From assembly GCA_018818105.1 (NCBI GenBank), contig JAHISK010000098.1, forward strand, positions 1 to 63,069: a stretch of 63,069 nucleotides of DNA, written 5' to 3'. Every line of letters starts with the position of its first letter. The stretch's first letter is position 1. Made by a program: the position numbers and the translations under genes. Origin of the DNA: Candidatus Omnitrophota bacterium (GTDB lineage Bacteria; Omnitrophota; Gorgyraeia; Duberdicusellales; 4484-171). The notes under the pieces are model-generated. The model worked only from the letters and a program-made list of their open reading frames with translations, had not been told where the DNA came from and ran no database searches. This document shows, in pieces, positions 27,233 to 36,272 of this stretch.

Positions 27233-28147
27233 ATGCGAAAAGGGTTTTTTCTTGTTTTTTCTTTAGGGATATTGGTCGTGCTTTCTTTATTTTGTCTGGG
27301 ATTGGGGTTTCGTACCTATATTCAAACCCGTAAAACTAAGTTCTACCTAAACAAACAGCGCGCTTTTTATTTAGCTGTTTCCGGGGTTAAAATTGCTCAG
27401 CAAATGTTAGAGCAGGATATGCAAAAAGATAAAGAAGCAGATACGTATGTTGACCACTTAGGTGAGGATTGGTCCCAGCCGATAGAAAAAGAAGTTGCCT
27501 TTTCTTATCCCGGAAAGACAGGCAAAATATCAGTAGAAATTGAAGATGAAACCAGCCGGATTAATATAAATACTATGCAGATAAAGATGTTGAAGAAGCT
27601 GTTAACTGAAAAAGAGGTAGAAAATCCTAATAATAAGGCCGACTATATTATTGATTATATTGACGCTAATACTGATACTCAAGCGGGAGAACCAGAGGTT
27701 GAAGGTAGGTATAAGAACGCGGCGTTGAGTGTTTTATCGGAGTTATTATTAATAGAGGACATATCTGTTGACGATTATAATAAAATTAAATATTTTGTTA
27801 GTGTTGTTGGCGATGGAAAGGTTAATATAAATACAGTATTGAGAGAAACACTGGACTTTTTGATAGAATGCTTTTTTACTGGTAAAACAGAAATAGTAAA
27901 TAAATTGTTTGGTCAACCCGATGGAGAGAGGGGATATTATTCCGCGCTAGATTGGCAGAATGTTATGAGTGAAGAAATTAGTAGTGACCCCGATCCTGTT
28001 TTGTATATTAAAGATATATTTTGTATTAATTCTAAGTATTATCGTATAACAAGCGAAGGTGAAGTAGACGGGGTTAAGAAAAAAATCATTTGTGTGTTGA
28101 ATAGGGAGGCAGAAAGCGGTAAAATTTTATATTGGCATGAAAATTAA
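27233..28147 (+). CDS. gspK: Minor pseudopilin GspK-like
   Basis: Leader without Glu+5 (MRKGFFLVFSL) and IEDETSRININT, typical of GspK. Confidence 0.65.
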   Translation: MRKGFFLVFSLGILVVLSLFCLGLGFRTYIQTRKTKFYLNKQRAFYLAVSGVKIAQQMLEQDMQKDKEADTYVDHLGEDWSQPIEKEVAFSYPGKTGKISVEIEDETSRININTMQIKMLKKLLTEKEVENPNNKADYIIDYIDANTDTQAGEPEVEGRYKNAALSVLSELLLIEDISVDDYNKIKYFVSVVGDGKVNINTVLRETLDFLIECFFTGKTEIVNKLFGQPDGERGYYSALDWQNVMSEEISSDPDPVLYIKDIFCINSKYYRITSEGEVDGVKKKIICVLNREAESGKILYWHEN

Positions 28148-28207
28148 ATCACGAAACCCACTTACCACCTACGAGGTGGAAAGTGGTTTAGGTAGAGGAT
28201 AGATAGT

Positions 28208-29590
28208 ATGGGAGCTAAAAAGATAGTAATTTTAGAGATACAGGATAAGTCTATAAAAGGGTACTGTACTGTTTCCGGTAAGAAAAAATGTAAGATAGAG
28301 GCATTAGATAGTTCCTGCTATCCGCATCAAGTATCAGCTCAGGATATATCTGATTTTTTTAAGAAGCTTATAAATAAGTTTAAGTATGATAAAGTTATCA
28401 TTTCGTTTACCCGCCGGTTTTTTCTTATCCGCTTTCTTTCGCTGCCTTCTCAGAATTGGAGTGAAGTAAGAAGGATGTTGCCGTTTCAAATGGCTAAAGG
28501 CATTATTCAGCCGTTAGAAGATGTTGTTTATGATTATTCTCTAGCGGTTAGCGAAAAAGGTCATTCCAAAATGCTTATATATATTACTCAAAAAAAGAAA
28601 ATTTCTAATGTGTTAGAGTTTATCGAAGCAGGTAAGGTATTGCCTTTTAGCATTACGAACAGTAGCTGGGGCTTATATCAGTGGTATATGTTTAGGAGCG
28701 GTTTTTTTAAACAAAAGCCGATAGGATCAAATGCGGTTATTGATGTTGGCAGTAATGATTCTGAGTTTTTAATTGCTAGCGAAGACGGTATCCTTTTTTC
28801 ACGGTCATTTCATTGTTTAAGTGATGATGATTTGCTGGAAGGGATAAACCAGTCGTTAAGGATATTTGAGAAAGAATATGGGGCTAGAAGTTTTAATAAG
28901 GCAATCTTTACGGGGGTTCGAAAGGATAAGGTTATCGAATCAATTACTTGGGCCCAATGTGTTTTCCTCGATCAGCTGGATAATTTCTTTTTCAGTAAAG
29001 GGGTTAGAGAAAAAATAAATGACAGTGGAACTTCTTTTGCTTCCGGGTTGGGGTTAGCTGTTACTAAAAACTATGGGTTTGACTTTTCTCCGCCAGTTTT
29101 AAAAGAGCGAAAACAAAGTTTAAAGAAAAGAAAGAGAAATGTTCAGCTTGTTATTTTAGTTGTAGAAATTATGGTTATTTTAAGTCTATTTTTTGGGAAG
29201 TATGTATTTAACCGGTATGTTTATCTGGACTTTCTGAATTCTAAATTACAAAAGGTAAATATTGAGGTGAAAGAATTAGGGACGGTAACTGAGAAACTAA
29301 AGGTTCTTGATAAAGAGTTGGATAAATCGGTAAGTTTTTCGCGAGTGCTTTATAATGTTGTTTCGTCAGTTCCTTTGAACGTGCAATTATCTTTGGTCGA
29401 TTTTAGGGAGAAAGGCGATTTTTCTATTAAGGGGTATGCCCAGAATAATGAGGATGTATTCGCTATAAAAAAATTGTTGGGAGAGTCAGGTTTATTTAGC
29501 AGTGTAGGCGTAAAATATGTTGCTAAAGTAAAAGGGCGTAAGGGGCAAGAGGGGTTTGAGTTTTACATGGAAGGTAAAGTTATACAATGA
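28208..29590 (+). CDS. GspL-like assembly protein (PilM-like actin-fold N-domain + TM + PilN-like C-domain)
   Basis: Cytoplasmic N-domain, single TM helix (LVILVVEIMVILSLFF), coiled periplasmic part, operon position. Confidence 0.5.
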   Translation: MGAKKIVILEIQDKSIKGYCTVSGKKKCKIEALDSSCYPHQVSAQDISDFFKKLINKFKYDKVIISFTRRFFLIRFLSLPSQNWSEVRRMLPFQMAKGIIQPLEDVVYDYSLAVSEKGHSKMLIYITQKKKISNVLEFIEAGKVLPFSITNSSWGLYQWYMFRSGFFKQKPIGSNAVIDVGSNDSEFLIASEDGILFSRSFHCLSDDDLLEGINQSLRIFEKEYGARSFNKAIFTGVRKDKVIESITWAQCVFLDQLDNFFFSKGVREKINDSGTSFASGLGLAVTKNYGFDFSPPVLKERKQSLKKRKRNVQLVILVVEIMVILSLFFGKYVFNRYVYLDFLNSKLQKVNIEVKELGTVTEKLKVLDKELDKSVSFSRVLYNVVSSVPLNVQLSLVDFREKGDFSIKGYAQNNEDVFAIKKLLGESGLFSSVGVKYVAKVKGRKGQEGFEFYMEGKVIQ

Positions 29591-30117
29591 AAAAAAGGCG
29601 TCTTTCAAAACGGGAAAAACTAATTATAAGTATTACCCTAGGGATTTTTATTGGTAGTTTGGCCGTTAATGGGGTTATGCTAGGGCGTAATCGATTAATT
29701 TCTTTGAATCAGGAGATTGCTAATAAATCCTCTCTTTTGCGCCGGCATTTTCTTTTGGTAGAAAGAGGAGGGGATATTCGGTCAGTATATGAGAGTTATA
29801 AAAAAATTCTTGAAATAGAAGGTAGCGGGCAGGAATTAGACGCTGATTTATTTAATGAAGTAAAAAGGTTAACCGAGAAACTTAATTTGTCTATTGATAG
29901 GATTAAACCGTTGCCGGTAGAATCTAAAGCTAATTACGCTCAAGTTTTATTAGAAGTGGAGATAGGGGGCGATTTTAAGTCTATTTTTGAGTTTATTAAT
30001 GGGTTGGAAAATTCGCCGTCTTTTATTAGAGTTTTAAATCTACGCCTATATCCTCAGTCAGGAAGTTCCGCGCCATTACGTTGTAAATGTCTCATTTCGA
30101 GGTTATTTTTTTCATAA
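29587..30117 (+). CDS. GspM/PilO-like assembly protein
   Basis: N-terminal TM helix, C-terminal GDFKSIFEFINGLENSPSFIRVLNLRL. 4-nt overlap with the preceding ORF. Confidence 0.55.
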   Translation: MKKRRLSKREKLIISITLGIFIGSLAVNGVMLGRNRLISLNQEIANKSSLLRRHFLLVERGGDIRSVYESYKKILEIEGSGQELDADLFNEVKRLTEKLNLSIDRIKPLPVESKANYAQVLLEVEIGGDFKSIFEFINGLENSPSFIRVLNLRLYPQSGSSAPLRCKCLISRLFFS

Positions 30118-30262
30118 TACTTATAACGCGAAGGGGATAGTAAAAGAAATCTATTGATTCAATGTATATATTCTATTAAAATGAATATATAAATATATGT
30201 ACCTTAAAAATAAGTAGTTCTTTTAGAAGAAATAAGTTAATTTTTTTAATTTAGTTGGAGCG

Positions 30263-30787
30263 ATGGCGGTAGTAACGAAAAGTTTATCCAAAGATTCCTT
30301 AGCAGTTGGTAGTGTTATACTTAGCTTGTCAGTAAAGCTTTTTTTTGTGGGAGTTGTTTTTTCTTTAGCTTTTGTAATTCACTCTGTTTTATTGAAAGAA
30401 GCGAAATTTCTTAAAAAAGAAAGTGTGCAAGGGATTTCTGCTGTGTTGGAAAAAGTGCCGTCGGTTATTGACCGCGAACGGCAGGATTATTCGCAGTTTC
30501 TGCGGCAGATTCAAAGTAGAGATATTTTTACTGCTGTTGTCGTGGAAAAGGGAGTTTCTGCTTCTGGTGCCCAACTAGATAAAATTAAGAAGATTATTGA
30601 AGGATTAAGATTAGTGGGGATAAAATCAGGAGCGGTGTCTAAAGTGATAATTGAAGATACTGGCGCCGGTAAAACTTCTTATTTGAAAGAGGGTGATAGC
30701 TTTTCCGAAGGTATTGTGGTAGAAGCGATTGGGAAAGATTCGGTTATACTAAACGGTGGGGGGGAAAGTTTTGAGTTGTATCTTTAG
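30263..30787 (+). CDS. GspC/PilP-like secretin-interacting protein
   Basis: TM helix, then a beta-rich C-domain LRLVGIKSG...KEGDSFSEGIVVEAIGKDSVIL. Confidence 0.45.
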   Translation: MAVVTKSLSKDSLAVGSVILSLSVKLFFVGVVFSLAFVIHSVLLKEAKFLKKESVQGISAVLEKVPSVIDRERQDYSQFLRQIQSRDIFTAVVVEKGVSASGAQLDKIKKIIEGLRLVGIKSGAVSKVIIEDTGAGKTSYLKEGDSFSEGIVVEAIGKDSVILNGGGESFELYL

Positions 30788-32765
30788 AAAGGGTCAAGGA
30801 AGAATTGTCTTCCAAATAATAATTGTCTGTTTTTTTCTGCTAGGATTAGTGCTTCCTCTAGGAGGTCTAGTTGCTGGGCAGCAGGTGTCGAGTCAATCCA
30901 TAAGCAGTTTCGCTAAAATTTCATTAGATGTTAAGGGGATGGATATTATTGATGTGTTAAAGATTTTGTCTGATGAAGGAGGGTTTAATCTTTCTATCGG
31001 AGGAAATGTCAGTGGGCGGGTAACATTGTTTTTAAAAGATATCGATGTCTGGGATGCTTTAGAAATTGTTTTGGTTTCCGGTAACCTCGCGTATGAGAAA
31101 AAGGGTCAAATTATTTATATAATGACTGAACGCGATTATGAGTTGAAGAATGGTGAAAAGTATTGGGATAAACGTAAAGTTGAAATTTTTAATTTAAAAT
31201 ACGCCCAGGCTGGCAGAGTTAAGGAATTATTGGCTCAAGTTGCTTCCAATATAGGTAAGGTTATAATGGATGCGCCTACCAATACCGTGGTTGTTACTGA
31301 TACTTCCGAAAAATTAAACCAAATGAGGGAACTTGTTAAAAAAATAGATACAGCGTTAGATACGCAAGTTTTTGAATTGAACTATTTAGCTGCTGAAGAC
31401 TTGAGTCAAAAACTGACAGATGTTTTAACTTCTGAAGTTGGGAATGTAAGGTTTGATGTGGCTAGTAATAAAGTAGTTATTACCGATTATCCTGATAAAA
31501 TGGCAGAAATAAGAAATGTGATAAAGGCTTTTGATGTAAAGCCGCTGCAGGTATTAATTGACGCTAAAATTATAGAATTAAATCCGTCTAAAAACTTTTA
31601 TGCGGGAATTAACTGGGAATATTGGATACAAAAGTATTTTAAAACTACGGGCACGTTCAATTTTCCTTATACAACTACTACGGATAAAGTGACTTTTTCT
31701 TCTCACGATACGATAACTACTTCAGCTCCGGGAGATTACAGCGCGATAATAGATTTTCTAAGCACATTCGGAAATACCAAAGTGCTTTCGACCCCCAGGA
31801 TATTAGTTTTAAATAATCAGGAAGCAAAGATATTGGTGGGAACAAAAGAGGCATATATTACTTCGACAACATCAGAGGTAGGGGATACAGCGGTAACTTC
31901 TCAATCGGTTAATTTTGTTGACGTCGGTGTAAAACTTTATGTTACGCCTACAATAAATAGAGACGGCTACGTTACTTTAAAAATAAGGCCGGAAATTAGT
32001 TCTGCGGAAAGCTCTCAGATTACCAGTGAAGATCAGAAGACAGATATTCCTATAGTAACGACGTCTGAAGCAGAAACGACGATGATTGTTAAAGAAGGAG
32101 TAAGTGTTCTTTTGGGAGGATTGCGTAAAATTACCCATGATAAACAGCATAAGCAAATTCCTATTTTAGGCAATATCCCAATTATCGGAAATATCTTTAA
32201 AAGCAGTAAGGATGAGTGGACTAAAGATGAATTAGTTATTGTGTTGACGCCTAGGATTGTATCGGGAGACCGGTCAATAGAAGAAGAAATTCATGATAAA
32301 TTAGCAGGAGAAATATGGGAAAAAGAAGCTATTTCTGAATTTGAGAAAGAAGAAAAAAATATGCCTAAGCAGTTGAGAGAGATGGATGCGGATACATCTA
32401 AGATAGTTAAGAAAGAAATAAGAGTTGATGGTTCGCGAGAAGTTAATATAAGTAAAAAGGTAAGCTCGCGAGATAGGCTGTTGTCTGAAGGAGAAACAAA
32501 AGTTAAGTTGAGTAAGGATGGAATAGAAGATTTAAATAGGCAGTTGAGTGAGTTAGATGATAAGTTGCGTCGAATCACGCGGGAAGAAGCAATTATTGAA
32601 CTCAAAATAGATGAGGCTAGTGTTGATTTCTCGCAAAATATAGATGTCCAGAGTCAGGGCATAGAAGATGAAATGGTAGCGCGTCAAGGTTTTATAGAAG
32701 AAGCTCCACTTTCGGTGTCTGAGGGTGAAGCCCAGGTAAAAAAAAAGCCCCAAGCAGTGAAATAG
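30756..32765 (+). CDS. gspD: Secretin (GspD/PilQ family) with long charged C-terminal extension
   Basis: N0/N1-like domains, secretin core STPRILVLNNQEAKILVG ... IPILGNIPIIGNIFKS, about 150 aa of E/K-rich tail. Ends 19 nt after the A9 tract. Confidence 0.9.
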   Translation: MGGKVLSCIFRKGQGRIVFQIIIVCFFLLGLVLPLGGLVAGQQVSSQSISSFAKISLDVKGMDIIDVLKILSDEGGFNLSIGGNVSGRVTLFLKDIDVWDALEIVLVSGNLAYEKKGQIIYIMTERDYELKNGEKYWDKRKVEIFNLKYAQAGRVKELLAQVASNIGKVIMDAPTNTVVVTDTSEKLNQMRELVKKIDTALDTQVFELNYLAAEDLSQKLTDVLTSEVGNVRFDVASNKVVITDYPDKMAEIRNVIKAFDVKPLQVLIDAKIIELNPSKNFYAGINWEYWIQKYFKTTGTFNFPYTTTTDKVTFSSHDTITTSAPGDYSAIIDFLSTFGNTKVLSTPRILVLNNQEAKILVGTKEAYITSTTSEVGDTAVTSQSVNFVDVGVKLYVTPTINRDGYVTLKIRPEISSAESSQITSEDQKTDIPIVTTSEAETTMIVKEGVSVLLGGLRKITHDKQHKQIPILGNIPIIGNIFKSSKDEWTKDELVIVLTPRIVSGDRSIEEEIHDKLAGEIWEKEAISEFEKEEKNMPKQLREMDADTSKIVKKEIRVDGSREVNISKKVSSRDRLLSEGETKVKLSKDGIEDLNRQLSELDDKLRRITREEAIIELKIDEASVDFSQNIDVQSQGIEDEMVARQGFIEEAPLSVSEGEAQVKKKPQAVK

Positions 32766-32815
32766 ACCCCGGTGTCTATCAGTATTATCTGCAAATAGTT
32801 GAAAAAATAAAAGAT

Positions 32816-33067
32816 ATGTCTTTATCTGTAACTTCTGGATGGATGGGGATATCAAAATCTAAGACAGAAGGTAGAAAGGTAACGTTGCAGTTTGTTCTTT
32901 CCCGTAAGGGGGATTTAATTGGTGATCCAAAGATTATTTCTCCGCAAGGTGATGATGTAGTAGAGGGTGTTGCTAAAGATATAATAAGAAAATCTTCTCC
33001 GTTCCTGCCGTTTCCTGAAACCAAAGAAGCAGAAAATGAAACTTACGAAATCTCCCTATATTTCTAA
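32816..33067 (+). CDS. TonB_C/TolA_C-like domain; the frame is open from 32729 with no start codon before 32816
   Basis: GRKVTLQFVLSRKGDLIGDPKIISPQGDDVVEGVAKDIIRKSSPFLPFPE. The upstream in-frame codons (YQYYLQIVEKIKD) also belong to the domain. Probably the -1 frame continuation of gspD. Confidence 0.55.
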   Translation: MSLSVTSGWMGISKSKTEGRKVTLQFVLSRKGDLIGDPKIISPQGDDVVEGVAKDIIRKSSPFLPFPETKEAENETYEISLYF

Positions 33068-33116
33068 ATTAGCAGGGTTTCTGTAATATCAGTATAAAAG
33101 ATGTTTTTTTCTTAAT

Positions 33117-33240
33117 GTAGGGGCGCCGTTTGTCTACGCCCGTAAAATATTAAATTAAATGAATCTATACCCTAATATCAAATAATATTCATGACATTAT
33201 TGTTATCAATAAACGGGCGCAGGCAAGCGGCGGCCCCTAC
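33117..33240 (+). mobile_element. MITE/BIME-like element, copy C (124 bp, diverged core)
   Basis: Same termini. Lies between the convergent TonB_C-like ORF and lptG. Confidence 0.8.
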
Positions 33241-33249
33241 GTCAGCCGA

Positions 33250-34362
33250 TTATTTCATCAGGAACAGGCCGGTTAATCCTACAGTGAGAAAAAATAGAGG
33301 AGCAAGCCAGGCGCTGAATATGGGAAGAAGAATACCGGCTTTACCTAAAGCAATGCTGAAGGAACCAAAAACATAGTAAATAAAACCGAAGATAAATCCT
33401 ACTCCTAATGAAGAAAGGGCGGCTTTCCGTTTCTTAATTTCTAAAGCGAGAGGAAGAATTCCTATGATAAGAAAAAAGTGGGATAACGGATCAGCCAGTT
33501 TTCTATTGTATTCTATAATTAGGTTGGCTAACAGATTATGCGCTTTTATTTTCTTGAAACGTATCATTTGTTTTTTTATGCTTTTTAAAGGGGCGAAATC
33601 AGCAAAGATGCTTTTTTTGAAGAGTATGTCTCTGGGATTTTCGTCCAAAGGAATTTCCAGGCGCGATAGTTGATGGGGTTTTCCTAATATTCCGCCTTCT
33701 CCATCAATGTCATATTGCATGATATTTTGTCCTATCCATGTGCCGTCTTCGTAAACTATGGTTTTACAGATTGTTTTTTTCTCGATGTCTCTGTTTTCAT
33801 TTTCTTCAAAAATCACGACGTTTTTCATTATTTTGTTTTTAGGTAGAAAAGAACCGACGAAAAAAATCATGTTTTTTGAGGCAAAGGCGATATTTCTTTC
33901 CTCAGTAATAAGAGAAAAGCTTTTTTTTATGAAGCGTGTTTTAATTTCTTCTACTCTTTTTTGTGAAACTGCGAGGATCTTTTCTTGAATAAAAAGGGAA
34001 GCAAAGGATAGGAATACCGCGAAAAGCAGAATAGGAAGAGCTATTCGTAAACGGCTTATTCCCGAAGCCCGCATGCTTAAAACTTCATTGTTTTTGTTGA
34101 ATTCTCCCAGAGTATATAAAACACTTATAAGGATTGAAAGAGGACTTACTCTTAAAAATATCAAGGGGATCATGGAAATATAGTATTCAACAATTAAGTT
34201 GAAAGGAGTTTTAGCTTCAAAAATATCAGAAAGAGTGGAGAAAATGTCACCAATAAAATATATGCCGATAAACACGAGGCAAATAAAAGCGTATGTTTTC
34301 AGAATGGTTTTAAAGATGTATCTATCTAAAATGCGCATTTTTTTTAAGTAGAATGAGGCCAA
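33250..34362 (-). CDS. lptG: LPS export ABC permease LptG (YjgP/YjgQ family)
   Basis: Six TM helices with a large periplasmic loop. Second gene of a tandem overlapping pair. Confidence 0.75.
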   Translation of the reverse strand: MASFYLKKMRILDRYIFKTILKTYAFICLVFIGIYFIGDIFSTLSDIFEAKTPFNLIVEYYISMIPLIFLRVSPLSILISVLYTLGEFNKNNEVLSMRASGISRLRIALPILLFAVFLSFASLFIQEKILAVSQKRVEEIKTRFIKKSFSLITEERNIAFASKNMIFFVGSFLPKNKIMKNVVIFEENENRDIEKKTICKTIVYEDGTWIGQNIMQYDIDGEGGILGKPHQLSRLEIPLDENPRDILFKKSIFADFAPLKSIKKQMIRFKKIKAHNLLANLIIEYNRKLADPLSHFFLIIGILPLALEIKKRKAALSSLGVGFIFGFIYYVFGSFSIALGKAGILLPIFSAWLAPLFFLTVGLTGLFLMK

Positions 34363-35404
34363 TGCCGCAGATAATTATATTAGGAAGCCACATTCCTATG
34401 GCTGGTGCCAGTAACCTATGTTCCACAAAAGCTTTACTGACGATAAACAGCAGGTAGTAACTAAGTCCTCCAAGAAAGGCGATGCCGAAATTTATCGATT
34501 TTTCTCTGTGTCTTACGACTAAAGATATGCTGAATCCTAGAATGATAAAGGCGATAATAGAAAGAGAAAAACTTATTCTTTCATGGAATTCTCCTACCAT
34601 ATCCGCGGGGGGGCTTTTCAGACTTTTTATTTTGTTCCTGAGTTCATTGAATCCCATGTCGCAGTTTTTTTTAGCTACTTTTACTTCTTGTTTTTGTTCG
34701 ATTGGTAGGTCTTTGAAAAATATTTTAAAATTAAGCCGTTGAAATCCTTTGCTTTTATTGATATCAGCTTCATCTCTAAATCCATTTTCTAGCTTCATTT
34801 TTAAAATATTTCCTTCAGTAATGAATTCCGCGGTTTTAGCGAAAATGACTTTATTTGTGTTTTTTTTATCGTCTATTTCATAGATATAAACGTTTTTTAG
34901 TTTGTTTTCATTTTTATCGGAAGCGTAAAGAAGGTAGCCGGGGAAATTGTCAAGGGGTACTCCCGGTTCAATAATCGCGGAAACATTTTTAGTGAAAATG
35001 TTTTTCATCAGAGTTCGGTAATTATAGTGGAAGTTAGGTATTACTGTAGCATTAAGGATAAAGAGAATTAATGAAAAAATAATACCGATAAGTAAAAAAA
35101 TATGCAGAATTTTTGTGGTAGATATTCCGGCCATTCTTATCGGCACCAGTTCGTTATCAGTAATAAGGCGCCCCATAGATATAAGTACGCCTAAGAGAAA
35201 AGATAAGGGAATAGTGAATTTAGATAGATAAAGCATTGAAAAGGAGAATAGTCTTATCGCATCGGTAACACTTACTCCTTTACGTATAATCATGTCGGAT
35301 ATTTTGACCATATTCCCAAGGAACATAACCGTGCTTAAAAGTAGGAGTCCGAAGATGAACGCGGATAAGAAATCTTTTAGAATATAATTTCGTATGATTT
35401 TCAT
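34322..35404 (-). CDS. lptF: LPS export ABC permease LptF (YjgP/YjgQ family)
   Basis: Same architecture as lptG. First gene of the pair. Confidence 0.75.
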   Translation of the reverse strand: MKIIRNYILKDFLSAFIFGLLLLSTVMFLGNMVKISDMIIRKGVSVTDAIRLFSFSMLYLSKFTIPLSFLLGVLISMGRLITDNELVPIRMAGISTTKILHIFLLIGIIFSLILFILNATVIPNFHYNYRTLMKNIFTKNVSAIIEPGVPLDNFPGYLLYASDKNENKLKNVYIYEIDDKKNTNKVIFAKTAEFITEGNILKMKLENGFRDEADINKSKGFQRLNFKIFFKDLPIEQKQEVKVAKKNCDMGFNELRNKIKSLKSPPADMVGEFHERISFSLSIIAFIILGFSISLVVRHREKSINFGIAFLGGLSYYLLFIVSKAFVEHRLLAPAIGMWLPNIIICGIGLILLKKNAHFR

Positions 35405-36111
35405 TGTGCTTTAGATAAGGTTATAACCGTAATACGCGCTGCTCCTTTTTCTTTTAGGGCTTGGCAGCAGCTTTGCGCGGTTGATCCAGTTGTAAACATA
35501 TCATCGACAACTATTATTTTTTTCGCGGTTAGATTTTCTTTAGCCCAAAACATCGCGGTTGTATTTTTTATCCTTTCTTCTTTTTTGAGTTTAGTTTGAG
35601 AATCCCGTAATTTAGTTTCATAAATTATACCATTTTTTAAGGGTTTTTTGAAGTAATTTGCTAGCGCGTGTGCCAGAAGCGCTGATTGGTTGTATCCTCG
35701 TTCTTTAAGTTTTGCCGGGTGCATGGGAACAGCTGTAATGAAATCGTAATCTTCCGCGGTAAATGCTATGTTTGATAAATAGGTTGTTAATATTGAGGAG
35801 AAGAGTTTAATAAGGTAGTCGCAGTGTTTATATTTAAAAAGATGAATTAATTTTTGCATGGTAGAGGTATAAAGAGTGGCGCATATAACTTTATTATAGG
35901 GATAATATGAATTTAAACAATTTTTACATAAATTTGTTTTGTTATTTTTGATAGGAGTCGAACACAATTTACAAATGGGGGGCAGTAAGAATTTTATCTG
36001 GTTTCTACATTTATCACATATGTATTGAGAAGTTGATAGTTTTGTTTCACAGCAAAAACATAGGGCAGGAAAGAAAATATTTTTTGCTGCCCGGATGGAA
36101 GTTCTTAACAT
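35401..36111 (-). CDS. comF: ComF-family phosphoribosyltransferase-like protein
   Basis: N-terminal Cys4 (CFCC...CDKC...CKLC...CKNC) and PRTase motif IIVVDDMFTTGST. Confidence 0.8.
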   Translation of the reverse strand: MLRTSIRAAKNIFFPALCFCCETKLSTSQYICDKCRNQIKFLLPPICKLCSTPIKNNKTNLCKNCLNSYYPYNKVICATLYTSTMQKLIHLFKYKHCDYLIKLFSSILTTYLSNIAFTAEDYDFITAVPMHPAKLKERGYNQSALLAHALANYFKKPLKNGIIYETKLRDSQTKLKKEERIKNTTAMFWAKENLTAKKIIVVDDMFTTGSTAQSCCQALKEKGAARITVITLSKAQ

Positions 36112-36232
36112 ATTAAAAGTATTGTACCTATTATCCCTTTGTTTGTAAATGTATTTGTCAGCCTCTTCAGCTTAGATAATAGCACTATTTCGCGGAAGGA
36201 TTATAGCTGAAAACGGATGCCTTTTAAAGTAT

Positions 36233-36260
36233 TTGACAATCTCTGTATCTTTTCTATAAT
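36233..36260 (+). promoter_or_regulatory. Candidate consensus promoter of nifS
   Basis: TTGACA - 16 nt - TATAAT, in the comF/nifS divergent spacer. Confidence 0.55.
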
Positions 36261-36272
36261 AATTTACCCAAT

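Noticed and set aside
33191-33376. Track ORFs 33191..33376 and 57941..58123.
   Set aside because: Both start inside MITE-like elements. The first also overlaps the lptG 3' end, so these are spurious.
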